A stretch of 64,000 nucleotides of DNA from Bigelowiella natans CCMP2755 (Eukaryota; Protista; Cercozoa). The notes beneath the pieces were generated by a model. The model had not been told where the DNA came from. It saw only the letters and a program-made list of their open reading frames with translations, and did no database searches. The position numbers and the translations under genes are program-made. The stretch covers positions 8,578 to 72,577 of the forward strand of contig ADNK01000443.1 of assembly GCA_000320545.1 (NCBI GenBank), written 5' to 3'. Positions 24,674 to 38,321 of this stretch are shown piece after piece; position 1 is the stretch's first letter, and each line of letters starts with the position of its first letter.

Positions 24674-24769
24674 CACAGCACACATGCGGTCTATGAAATC
24701 TAACTTGGGAAAGCAGACTACAACCCACTTAGACGGAGACGGAAAAGTCCAAAGTATGTTGCTGCTGTG
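24674..24769 (+). promoter_or_regulatory. Candidate eukaryotic SECIS element in the 3'UTR of the UxxC gene
   Basis: ATGA (24693-24696), stem tctaa..tggg / ccca..ttaga, unpaired AAA (24710-24712), 3' GGAG (24735-24738). Lower helices ggtct/agtcc, acatgc/gtatgt and cacagca/tgctgtg. Starts 70 nt after the stop codon. Confidence 0.7.
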
Positions 24770-24864
24770 GAACAAGAATGTTCGAGATTGGCGAGTGGAC
24801 GTTCGCACACATACACAAATAGCATAGCTCACAAGCACATAGCACATACACGACTTTATACACG

Positions 24865-24917
<53 letters not shown>

Positions 24918-25391
24918 TAATATACACATCTAAGACACATATGTGAATATACGTGTCGCTGTGCTGTGCGTATGTGTGCATTTGTACATTCATGCAAAAG
25001 TAATACATGCACACGCTCTCGTTAGCTAATGACAGCGGCGCATGCAATCGTTGTGTAGGTGTAGTATGTGACGCAGCCTGCACTGTGCACTACAAGTAGC
25101 GCACGCTGCTAGCTAATTAACACTAGGGCATGTCGGGCCGCCTAGCTAGCTAGATCTTGCTAGCTTGGTGCCTTCATTTTTTGCAGCATGGGCACAGATT
25201 ATTTTTTTAGTGTTGACTGAGATGGCACATGGTATAGCTCCTGTCAGCATGTCTAGATGTTAGTGTAATACTTCTGTACAAGCTAGCAAGCTAGCAAGCC
25301 TCATACAAATGCTTGAACACGAGCATGAATTGCGCTTAGGTGGTTCTTCAAGGTCAAGCAGTGCATCTCATTTTCTCATCAGTCGGGAGCA

Positions 25392-26068
25392 TCATCCCAT
25401 TCTTCGTTTTTTGCCGCTCCTTTTTGAGCCTGAATAACCCAGAGTCGTGCTCGAAGAAGAGAAACCTGCCTTTCCATCTGAATTAGCACTAGATGCTGAT
25501 TCAAGTAAAACTGCTTCTCCATAATCGAATGTGCTCCCAAACGGTCCAAGAAGAGCTTCGCTCTAAGCATTTAAGTAGTGTGTTCAACATGTCAATATGC
25601 TGTCATACGCGTTCTCACGAATAAAAGGAACACCTCAATTCGGTTAAAACTCAAGAACAATATAAAAAAGAACATCATATCGCATTTTCATGTTCGTGTA
25701 AGGTTTGCATCTCAAGACTTAATTTTCTTGGATATCCATTACTAACGTTACTACATTTCTTACATCTGAGTTGATGGAGCTCTCTGGTACATACTTTTCA
25801 AACTGAAGTGGAAACTTTGCCTACAAGACGATGAATAAAAATGATCAGTTTCACTCCACAACGAAATCCATATCCAGCTGCAACAAATGGTTGCTAATGT
25901 CTCAGCGGGGGATCTACAAAGTGTATCGATACAGCTACCTCTGATGGCTCCAAAAATACAACGCGCCCGTTTGGTCGGAGAACACGGGTTACATCCCTGA
26001 AAAACTGTTGAAAATCCATGGGAAAACTATTTAGGCACAATAATATTTCACGAAATCTAAGACTTTAG

Positions 26069-26105
<37 letters not shown>

Positions 26106-27709
26106 CGTGTGAGTAACATATTACCATACGACAATATATATGTAAATATTATATATATATATATATATATATATTATATTCAACTGTTTTAGTGTTTATG
26201 TTTGATGCAGGCGTGTGTTCCAATCTTGGTCTATAGTAATACATTGGAGCACCTTGTCTGGATTAACTTTGCCGTTTTCTGTAACTCGAGAGAACTCTCC
26301 AACGGTAACAACAGCATCAAATGACCCTGAAGTTAAGACGACAATATGCATTTTAGATGATTTAATGACCAACAATCGGTGCCAGCAGTAGTATCTTCAC
26401 CGTGCGGCAATCATTTATTTCTGATATTAGATATTTGGCTCCTTCTACATGTTGACAATGTTGTCGCTGCTACTTGCTTTCATACTTTATGAGGTAACTA
26501 CGACAGCATTATTTGCGACAATAGATAAGTCATATGAACCAGCAGGAAGAGCCTTGATTGAATTGGTAACTTGAAGCTTTGGCAGAGCAGATCCTCCAGC
26601 GGTAATAACATCTTGCAGCCCTACCGTCAGTCCTTCCAGGGTCACTTCAACCTCCCTTGAAGAAGAAGCAGAAGGAGAAGGATGTTACAATATATGATAA
26701 AGAATGAAATGATGGTGGTATTGGTGATGATAATTCTGATGATGAAAACTACGGTACAAAAACAAGATCACAACGTGACATAGATGCTTCGACAACTTGG
26801 GGAAGTAGAACGCGTCCCGTGCAGTCCCGCTGCCAACTAAGAGCACCTTCAGTTTTGGGGGGATTTGCTTGAACCTAGACATTCAATGTGGTAGTTCATA
26901 TATTGATGCTGATGGCGGTGATAAATTGTTTGGTATTGCGTCCTCAAATCAACATACATGAAATATTTTTTGGGAAGAAAAGGTAAATGAATAGGAAGGT
27001 AGCAAGTGAGAGATCTAGATTGCTGCTACATTTCCGCTTTGAGGTATTCAAGCTTCCAGTATGCTGGGTTTATCATCCTGTTGAACGATGGCGAACAGAT
27101 ACGTAGAAGTATTGTGTGAGAAATTGAGTAGCTGAGCATGAGAACATAATTCTTTATGAAAATTAGGTGCAGGTGATTTTAGCGCATATTGTATGTAGTG
27201 CTTGGCTGTATTGGTTTCAATTGTCAATGTCAAAATTCAATTCACCCGCCCGCAACTGGAGATTCTCCTGGCTTTCTGGCGTGGAGTCTATTATTATAGG
27301 AGCGTCGCCGTACAGGCGAAAGGTACGGCGACAATCCTAAACGTGACATCGTAGTAGTCGTCCTGGCTGCTAGCACCGTTCTTCGAAACTTTAGCGGTTG
27401 CGAAGTAGAGGTCTGCAACCCATTGTTCAAGTACGGGGAAGGAGAATGGATCGGATCAATTTTAAAGCAGCTCCTCGGCCTAAGGAAGGAAGGAAATATC
27501 GCCTATTTACGTGTGGAATGATCGAGGATTGCTTCCCACCCATCATGCGTGGTCACCGTGCAACATATTAAACCGAAGCAATAATGGTCCAGCCCTAGTC
27601 ATGCAATGCAAGTGCACCTGTGTGCAGAGCGTGAAGCCACGAGGTTCGAGTCAAGGGCACAAAAGATGAGAAGTGGAACATAGTAGACCAAGCGCTGGCG
27701 AGATACCAT
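25392..27709 (-). CDS. Class I SAM-dependent methyltransferase-like protein, probably plastid-targeted (multi-exon)
   Basis: Hydrophobic N-terminus (MVSRQRLVYYVPLLIFCAL) and an S/T/R-rich transit-like exon; motif I-like KVLLVGSGTARD; GSFDAVVTV; DVTRVLRPNGRVVFLEP. Confidence 0.7.
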
Positions 27710-27851
27710 GAGGGTGGGTGGGTTGGATTTATCAGTTTAGGCCGACAATCGATCGCGAGGGTTCTTCCTTCCTTCGATCCTCCTGAATCCGTACCGTTAA
27801 TTCTTCCGTTAGTAAGGGGGGTGGTACGTCGATACGTCCATGTGATGGATT

Positions 27852-27937
27852 GTTGTTGCCTGGTGTGTTGTGAGCAGAAAGTAGTTGTTGCCGATGTGTT
27901 GCGAGCAGAAAGTTGTTGCCGAGGTGTTGCGAGCTGG
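27852..27937. repeat. Three imperfect ~28-32 bp tandem repeats (gttgttgccgaNgtgttgcgagcagaaa) in a divergent intergenic region
   Basis: Copies start at 27852, 27884 and 27912. Confidence 0.85.
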
Positions 27938-28098
27938 TGAAGAACCCTGGCCGATATTCCAGGGACGTGTTCTTAATTTCTCGGCTTCCCTTCGCGCCAG
28001 CCTTCTCCTGTTCCGACCTGATCATCGGCCACCCTGCCCCTGCTCCTCCTAGTGCAGAGCAGGCCTCGACAGCTTCGTTCGTCGCCAGGTAGCATCGC

Positions 28099-28157
<59 letters not shown>

Positions 28158-28242
28158 GCTTTGAACCAACAGAGATGATCTTCTTCTTCTTCTTAAATGC
28201 CAGACTACTTTAGTGGAATGAAATAGGCGCATTTCCCGACCG

Positions 28243-30917
28243 ATGCGAAGGGCTCTGCGACAGAGGAAGGACTGGGTTGTGCTGCTGCTATGCATGATTG
28301 CGGTATCCTTGTGCAGAGAAAGAGGCCCGGAGGAGAGGGGCCGGGTATCTGGTCTAACCTCAGGAAAGGCAGCAGCAAGGAAAGCTGCAGGACAATCGCG
28401 TGGCAAAGCTGACGACGGCAGTCGCAGATCCACGTCGAAGTTTGGACCCATCCCTGTCTCACAACGGATTCGAACGCGTCTTGACGCGCTCGGTCTCTCT
28501 CATCCTACCGCCATCCAGAAGGCAGCCATGCTTCGGATACTCGACCGGAACAACACCGTGATTCACGCAGGTTATTTCATACTACATACTGCAGTCTCTC
28601 TTCACCTAGTGATGATGATAATGATGATGATGATGATGATGATGTTGCGTTATGGTGTGAGGCGGCGCATGCAGTAATCTTTAACGACGGAGAATATCGA
28701 TGATCCTGCCTCCGTAGCAGAGCACAGCCTCTACTGGAGTAGGAGGATAATCGTTGTCTTCTGTCGTCAAAAAAGCTATATGAACGCTATATGAGCTAAT
28801 ATGCTGTGGAAATGGAACGCCATTCTTCACTGTTGGAATGGGGTTCACCTTTACTCCCAGCTCCATCCTGTTTGAAAGGCTTTTCTTTCCACAAGAATTA
28901 AAAACAATTAAACACAACCATCAACGACAACAGAAACGGGGAGTGGGAAGACCCTCGCCTACTTATTGCCCCTCTTGAGCCGCTGGGAACAAAACGATGT
29001 AGTTTCGAGGCATCGAGCCAGCAGCACCAACAGAACTGGCCGTGGTGGTAGCAGCAACGACAGCTGTGGAAGGCATATTAGTCGCCCTTTGATCATGGTT
29101 GTGGCCCCCTCGCCTGAGCTGGCAGAGCAAGTTGGGAAGTGGGTCGAGGGAATTCATCCGGATGGAGAAGGCGGAAAGCGAGCGCGGGGAGGAGGAAGAG
29201 GGGGGGAAGCTGTAAACTGCCAGCGGGCGTCTGTTGTCGTCACCTCGAGTACCAACATTGAGCCAATGTCCGTTAGTTTAATTTTTTATCGTCATGAGCA
29301 TCAGTAGCAGCATCATTATCATCATCATATTTATTCGCGACGTCGTCGTTTTTCATCGAATGTTCTTCTCCCCCAATTTATTCCACAACACACTACTTTC
29401 GGACTTCCTTTTCGCCATCATCCATCAGCACCACCACCACTGATGAGGAGAGTATCATAGGAGAAAGGAAGAAGAAGAAGAAGAAGGAGGAGGGAATTGA
29501 GAGAAGAGAATGAGGACAGAGAAACAGTTGAGACGATGGAAGAGTCTTCTCATCTGTAGAAACACGCATGATGCACAAACTGGTGGAATGTCAATTTGCA
29601 CTCCTACAAATCTCACCCTCCCCCCCTCTTCCACTATTTCTGCATCCTCATCCTCATGGTTCATCCGAAACAACCTTAGAACCGAGCTGCTCACCGACGA
29701 GGCCAACGTAAGTAGTAGCCGTAGAATAGTTGTGGACGACGACATCACGACTGTGACAAGAAATCAATCAATCAGTCGATCGAGGACAACCTAGAGAGAT
29801 AAAGGAATCATATATGTGTTATGCTTCTCCCCTCTGCTGCCATCACGACCTCAGAGAATATATCTCTTTCCATGTTTCTATGCATCTCTCTTTCGCTCGC
29901 ACCCACACACGCCGCCAATACACGTATTAGAGATCCTCTCTGTGGGCATTGATTGGCACTCCAGTGGGGTTGTATAAGCTACTCCGGAGGCAAATGTGCA
30001 AGGACGCCATCCTCCCAAACATCGATGCTATCGTGCTGGATGAGGCAGACAGGTTAGAGTAATAGGCGCTGTTGTTGCTTTGCAGTTAGCGTGATTGATA
30101 TATGCATATTATAATATTATGTGCCTTTATTGGCTACTACCTCAGCTTCGCATCAATCATTTTCTTTCCTCCCTTTCTTCTTCTTCTTCTTCTTCCTCCT
30201 CCTCCTCCTTGTTCCGTAATCCCCCTCCCCCGTCAGCTACATCCCCGAGTCACTTCCTTCTAACAAAGCTTCACTGAAACTGCTGGGCTTGGTAAGGAGC
30301 CTACCCCCCCCCCCCCCCCCCCCCTTTCCCCCCACCCTCCGTGTCTGTAGCGATGACTGCTAAGTGAGGGGGGAGGATGGAGAAACGATCGTAAGTAAGG
30401 ATCTATCTTACAGACGATTGGGGAGGGTTAGAAAAGAGAGGGGAAGCAGGCTGGGGCCAAGGAATACAAAAAGATCATCGTAGATGTTGAGAGTATATAT
30501 TATCATCACCGCTATCATCACATCATCATCATCATCATCATCGTCATCATCTATCTACGGCCGTACGCTTCCCTTTCCCCCCTCCTTTGTGACGCCATCA
30601 TACATAGTTCAAGAAGAAACCGAGCGCAGCCATGCAAGTAGTGAAGGAGGATGCCATGAGAGCGGGTACGACTGCATGTTCAGATGAGAAGGAGGATGAG
30701 CAGGAGAATGAGGAGGAGGAGGAGGAGGAGGAGGAGGAGGAGGAGGAGGAAAAAGAGGCTCAACTTCGAGAAGGAGTACTCCCTCGCGGACGTCGTAGCA
30801 GCCTCGTCGATGTTCAGCTCATTTGCGCGTCGGCCACAATGCATGTGAGCGAATTCAACCTACATACTTACTTACTATCAATAAATCAATAGATTAATAA
30901 ATTAATATGCGTTTTAT

Positions 30918-30956
<39 letters not shown>

Positions 30957-31013
30957 GTGTGTGTGTGTGTGTTCCTAAAAAAGAATCTTAAGAGATTGCA
31001 TGAAATAATGCCG

Positions 31014-31044
<31 letters not shown>

Positions 31045-31209
31045 TGGTGATGGTGGTCCTGAACAGTGATGATTTAGCGTTGATTCGAAGCCACACACAC
31101 ACACACACATATACACACACTATTTTCGCACAAGCATAATCTTGTCATTCAAAACATTGAATACGAATATTCGTGAGCATTTCCTTTGATGTATCCTCTC
31201 AAGAAATGA

Positions 31210-31244
<35 letters not shown>

Positions 31245-31465
31245 AACAACAAAAATGGTTTAGCGCCATCCATCCAAATGTGACATATTCTAAAATGCTG
31301 CTGCTCTACCTCTCTTTCTTCCTTTCCGTTTGCTTCTTAATTGAATGTATAATATAGGCGGCAACAAGGAAAGTGCTGTCTCGATTCCTCGGATATCGAA
31401 GAGTCGCGGTAATACTATTCACACACCAGTTTTTTCATCATATAATATTTAAAATGTGATGTTAG

Positions 31466-31533
<68 letters not shown>

Positions 31534-31884
31534 GTGATATATGAATAGGATGCAGGAAAAGTGGTGACCTGTCCCCCGGCGCACCTTCCAAAGAAGTTCT
31601 ATTGCATTAAGAGAGGCGTTGGAAATGTACTGCATCTAATAATACGTCAGTAGCGATCAACCTGGATAGATCTCTCCGGCTCAAGCCGCAAACTCGGAAG
31701 AACATACGTTGATATGTGCGATGCGCTTTGTTCGTGTTTTGTGCTTATTCTCCGTCTTTTGGTTTGCTCTTAATTCTTTGTCATCCTCCTCCATCAGGTG
31801 GGAATGGTAGCCCTCCTGAAACACACCGCTGTGGTACCTACTTTTCATGGAAAAAAAGAGTATTTGAAAGAAACGACGACTACT

Positions 31885-31925
<41 letters not shown>

Positions 31926-32010
31926 CTCACGACTCGTCATCGCGGAAAACATCCGACGATTGCTGTCGTGTCCACACGCCTTATTGAAAAGATATATTTG
32001 GACTGCCGAA

Positions 32011-32058
<48 letters not shown>

Positions 32059-33115
32059 CGTGTGTGTCAGGTGTGCAGAGGGAGGTCCAGCAGCAGTAGC
32101 AGTATCAATAGCGACAACAACAACGCCAATGGTGAAGTGGCGACAAGCACAACGGCAACCGCCCCCCCCACCGACGAAGATAGTAACCACGCCGTTCTGT
32201 TTGACATGCTCGGTCAAGTGTGGAATGCGACACGTCCTGAGAGGGCTTTCATCATCTTTCGAGACCATAAGCGCCTAACGCATAGTAAGGTACTAGCTGT
32301 GGCTGTCGTACTAGTAGAAGTAGTAGTAGTAATTGCTGCCAGTGTGATTCCAGTGTACAACCTCCTCCTCCTTCCCCTCCTCCTCCTCCTCCTCCTCCTA
32401 GGCTGTAGCTCTGGCTCGGAAGTGTATACAATCCAAGGGAGTGGCACCTTACTCCGCTGAAATGACTCTTAGCAACATGACAAGAATCTGGCCTTCCCCA
32501 TCCACACGTGCCGTCATTGCCAGCTTCAGAGCGGCGAGGGGTCTTGATCTCCGAGATGTCAACCACGTTTTCATCCTGGGAGTACCTCCAACCCCCGACG
32601 ACTACTTGCACCTTGCTGGGAGGGCAGGGAGGGAGGGGAGGAAAGGCACGGTGAGGGCTAGCGAGCAGAAAGAGAGAGAAAGAGAGTGAGAGAGGGAGAG
32701 GGAGAGGTTGCCGCTACTTCAGCGCCACCCCATACAATCATCCCCGTCACGGCTGCAAGTTGTTTGGGCCGTGGTGTTGTCATCGTCTCAACCCCCCCCC
32801 CCCCCCCACTCTTTCCTCATGGAATCAAACACCATCTCATTATGCCATGATCCGCCATAAAATGCACAGGTGATAACGATAGCCACTGAACCTGAAATCT
32901 CCGTGTTGAAGGCACATGCAATGGCGCTGGGGGTTCCTTTGAACGTCGTTGATCTGGAAAAAGAGGTCAAGATACGTGAGAGGCATGCGAGGCGCGAAGC
33001 AGTTCAGGCCGAGCTTGTTCGTAGATGCCAGGAAAAGATGACAGCAGAGGAATTAGCACTAGATGTGTCACAAAGCCAGCAGCGTCAGCAGAAACGCCGC
33101 CGGCGGTCATCTTAG
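28243..33115 (+). CDS. DEAD-box RNA helicase, probably organellar/plastid-targeted (multi-exon)
   Basis: Signal peptide-like WVVLLLCMIAVSLC; Q motif PTAIQ; A|ETGSGKTLAYLLP; APSPELAEQV; IGTP; VLDEAD; ASAT; ARGLD; YLHLAGRAGREG. Confidence 0.9.
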
Positions 33116-34188
33116 TTACATATGCCATGTGCCATGCCGCGAGACATGTCCAGATGTTGCATTGTAGGCGTTGGTGTGCTGACAATGCATGCTCATGCAG
33201 TATGGGCAAGGCCGGATGTGACATATCTGATATGCGGGGCATATGCATATAACTATATATCAGAAAAGCTCTTGCTAACTCGCACTGGAAATTGCAGTGA
33301 ATGAAACGGCATAGCATATGTAGTCATCGATCACATGCGCAGTCATTTATTGCCATGCTACGTACTGTGATATGATATAGCTACGGTTGATGTCCCTCTG
33401 TCTATCTGTATCTATCTAGTTATGGCGCTATGAAGCAACACTGCTGATGCATCACACGTAGCATAGTTACGACACAGCAGCAGCAGTCTAATTAAAATAA
33501 GGTGCCTTCGACGAATACCTAGATACGTACTAGCTAGCTAGCGTACGATGCGCTGCGTGATAGCCTATAGCAGCAGCAAAAATTAGCAGTATTTTAATAA
33601 TGTTGCACATTTTATAGATTAGTGACGAACACAGCGAAGTGCAGGCGCACGCGGGAAATAATGGAATCGAGTGAAAACGTAGATAAATCTTGAGTAGTAT
33701 AGCTAGCAGTATGTGATAGAATGTCACATCGAGCCACAATGACGCTTTACAGTTATTACTTTAGTCAACACGCCGTATCTATGGGAAATATTATGGCAAA
33801 CAGGTAATTTGCTTCACCGGACAGCGACTATTCGTGTACGGATGGAATCGCGAGGAATCAAGAGGAGAGTAGAGAGAGTGGCTCACTATTCTCACTATAT
33901 ACAGAAAAAATATTGTAGTAACTATTTTCTTTGTTATTAACAAACAATTGATTTTTTTTCCAGATGATGCACTATTACTGCTCTTGCTGCTGCTGCTGCT
34001 ACTGCTGCGGTTATGTCCTTCGTCCTTCGCTACCAATCTGCTCTTTGCACCTTCTTTGAAGCTGATTTCTCGTCTAAATTTGCTCGAAGCAGACTAGCAT
34101 CGAGTGTTTGTGGAGTTGGAGGGAGGTGCTGTTGTGCTCCTGCCTTCTAATGGCAGCAATTAACTTCTAACGGATGATGCTTGTGAGC

Positions 34189-34918
34189 CTAAATGGATGA
34201 CGATGGAAGAGGCGGGGTCAAGCAAACAGGGTTCTTCGCCTCGGGGAACACGATGTAGCCGTAGGACAACGGGGGCAGGACAAGCTCTTTGCTCCTACGA
34301 TGGCAGAACATTGTTAGCATTATTATTAGCAGTAGTTGTTGTAGTAGTAGTAGAGCTGCTGTTTGGTGTGTGCGTGTGCGTGTGTGCGTGTTTTTTCTCG
34401 ATTTGTTTTCTTTCATCGTATTTTCTTGTTTGGATTTGTACTCGCGACGATGCGAAACGATCGAGCATTGTTGCCATTTAATGTACTCTCCTCCTCCTCC
34501 TCCTCTCTCTATAATGTCTCGCACCTATCGAAGATCCAATTAGGCGGAAGCACAGGGATTTGGTCGTTCAACACTCGGAGAGTCTTTCCTGAAAGAAGAA
34601 GAAGAAGAAGAAGAAGAAGAAGAAGAAGGAGAGTCAACAACGTGCATTTTTAGAGCGTTTTCTTCTTCTTTTTTGATTCACTTCTCGATGTGTCCCAAGG
34701 AAATCATAAGCATCTTCGTTTAAGTATTTCGTCATCGTCATCATCATCGTCATCAATACCGTTCAGCTGCACTTGATGCGAATAGAGGCCGAGGTGTCGG
34801 TCCTTTCTCCTACAAATTACAACAACAACAACAACAATAACAACAACATCGTGTCCCATAATACGAATTATGAGCTATACTACTGTGTCAGCGATATTCC
34901 ATCGACACTATTGCATAC

Positions 34919-34953
<35 letters not shown>

Positions 34954-35994
34954 CGACGTTGTACATATAGAGCAGCACACATACAGTGGAAAAACTACAT
35001 GCATACAATGGCAATCTACTTAATAACGAGCAATGGTTCGCTCACTACCGGGGAGACTGGAGAACGTACTCTGCCCTGATGCCTAGATTCAGTCCTGATT
35101 ACGTTATTGTTGTTGTTGTTGTTGTTTTGGCGAATATGATCGCATATTGCGGCTTTGATATAACGAGCGTTGTGCACGTTGTAGTAGTAGTAGTAGCAGT
35201 AGTAGTGATGATTGGGTGTCACTATTATTATCATTACTATTAATCCCCCTCTTCAAGACGGCTCTGCTGATGCTGCTGCTGCAACCACAACCCCCTCACT
35301 AATTCACCAACGACATAAAATACGCGACTACTGAGAATAGCCCCCGCCCCCCACCCCCCACCTGTGATGTTGATAGTGTGGTACACGTGCGTGCTGAGGT
35401 TGATGAAGGCCAGGGTTACGGAGCCCTAGCAGCAGTCAGTGGAAAGCAACATCATGATCATAAGTCAAACCAACATTCATCATGGAGAGAACACGGAAAG
35501 AGAAGGAGGAGGAAGAAGGAGAATAAAGGAGAAGATGATCCAAGACGATGATGACGGGCCTGCTTCTAGCGTCATTACGATCACGTTATAATAACTATAT
35601 AATACGAATGTCCACATGATGCTGCGTATCATACCCGTTTGCTAATCACGTGCTCCTCCAGGAACCATCGATGTGTGCAGTGAGCGTATACACTAACACC
35701 AACAACACCACCACCACCAACAACAACAACGGAATGTTATTTTAGTCATCATCCACCCATCCACCCACCCACCCCCATCAGCATCATCAATCATCACCAC
35801 CACGCCGACTACCAATAAGTAACCGAATTATTCAAAAATGAATGGTGCTGGAACTTCTTCCACAACAGGATAACGTCGACGACTACAGGATTTGAAGTCA
35901 AGGGGAAAGGGGCATCTTCCCCTCCCTTGCTCTAAACTTCCATGCGTGTATGTAATATTGGAAACAACAAACGATGATGACTAGTGCTTTTTGT

Positions 35995-36047
<53 letters not shown>

Positions 36048-36526
36048 GGATGGAGTTTGCCACGTACTGAGGGGTTTGGGCGTCGCTCTTGTGCTTATAA
36101 TGCGTGTCAAATACCTGCATTATTGATAAATGAGAGCAGCAGCGATATTGCCAGTTGCCCCAGGTTAGCCGCGGCAAGTCCGATAAATAACAACGACGAA
36201 GAACAGAAAATCCTCATCATGCGACAACGTCGATAAAGAGTAGTCGTAGTTGTAGTTGTAGTTGTAGTAGTAGTAGTAGTAGTAGTAGCAATAGAAGAAG
36301 AAGAAGTAGCAGTAAAAGCTGCAGCAGCTGCAGAGTAGTATTAGTATTAGTAGTAGTAGTAGTAGTAGTAGTAGTATTGGCGTGCTTTATAATACGGAGC
36401 AAACAAGATGAGGCAGACCTCTGCGCTTAGAACTTTCCTCCCCATGAGGCGGTTCCACAAGAGCGCCGTGTAATAGTCAGGATTTACGTGCATGGTGGTG
36501 ATGTTTATCATCCCGTAGTAGCCTTG

Positions 36527-36557
<31 letters not shown>

Positions 36558-36873
36558 CATTATCAAGCAGCTGGACAGACATGAAGAAGAACAATAATCG
36601 CCCTGCTGCTTTCGTCGATGATGACAATTTCTCTTTTAAAAATTGCGCTGGTACGGCTTTAGGAAGTGTATATGGAAGAGGGGGTGGGGGGGGAGGAGGA
36701 GGAGGAGCGCAGCAAAAAAGCGGAAGGGGTGTTTACTTGTTGCGTGTGTGTGTTTTAGATGCATCAATACCGCCAATGAGCGTCTGTCTACAGTATGACT
36801 GGTGGCTTTGCAGAGCCTGATTATTGTGTGAAATTATTGATATTTGCGGTGTAAATATTCACCAACATAATTA

Positions 36874-36921
<48 letters not shown>

Positions 36922-37158
36922 TTGCAAGTAGTAGCAGTATAGTGGTAGTAGTGGTACTACCATCATGCCGAGTTGGTCAAGAAACCAAAACCCAGAAATG
37001 AACGAGTTCGTGTATAGATTCCGCCCTGATCATGATGAGTGATGATGATGATGATGATGATGATGATATATATCATCGATCTAAAATTATGCATAAACAA
37101 TAGATACACATCACTGTATGGGTTGTGTGCGTGTGTGCGAATACTTGTCCTTAAGCAG

Positions 37159-37191
<33 letters not shown>

Positions 37192-37285
37192 GTCAGTAGC
37201 AGCAGCAGTAAGAGACCACTCACCGCTGTTAAATGCCCCCCCCCCTTCACCGCACCATAGTTGGAAATCCCTGCAACGCAATACG

Positions 37286-37320
<35 letters not shown>

Positions 37321-37840
37321 CGCACACACACTCATTTAGCAGCAGTACGTTTGTTGTCGAAAAAGGGTGGGGTGGAGGGGGAGGGGGAGGGAGTGGGAAG
37401 TTCTTGGCAGCAGCATGCATTCTCAAATCGGGTACGTGTGTGCATACGCAATCGAACCAAACGGCAGCAGCAGCAGCAGCAGCACAATGTTTACTTGTTC
37501 TGGCCGCCATTCCTTAGCGTATTCACGTAAAGCTGGACATTGTCCGTTGTAACGTGCAGAGTCGAAAGCTGTGCAGAGAGTGAAGAAGAAGAAGAATGAA
37601 TTAATGAATGAATGAATGAATGAAGGAATGCGTGATGGTGCGCGGAAATGAGGATCGTATCATCGGTAAGACGTCTACGGCATCACTATTATAAGCGCCA
37701 TAGAGATTATTGTTATTACTTATCTTCTTCATTATCATGCTCATTTCCCACCAAAGGCCACGAAGTCACATACTCTCCATCAACCCACTACTACCACTTC
37801 ACACCCTCCCCCCCCCCCCCAACGCACGCACGCACACACA

Positions 37841-37894
<54 letters not shown>

Positions 37895-38289
37895 CAAAGT
37901 ACGTGCCTTGGTTGCATTGAGCATGTGGTCAGTCATATTTGGATTTAGCAAAGGAGAACCAGGCCCTGCGTCGGTATAACATACATAACACACACGACGA
38001 TGACGACGACGATGAAAAAGCAAAACGAGAAGCGAGGAGGAGGTGATGATCATGAATGACAAGACGACATCTCATTCTGGTAGTGCCTAATGCGCATGTG
38101 AGTAATTGAGTGAGTGAGTGAGTGAGTGTGCGTGCGTGCGTGTGTGTGTCTGTGTGTGTGTGTGTGTGTGTGTGTCTTTGTGTGCATAGCATATGCGCAG
38201 AGACTAGATATTACCAAGAGAGTAGATGTGGTACGTGAAGACATCGATCATCTGGAAAAGCATTCCAACGAGATGAGATGTGCCCATGG

Positions 38290-38321
<32 letters not shown>

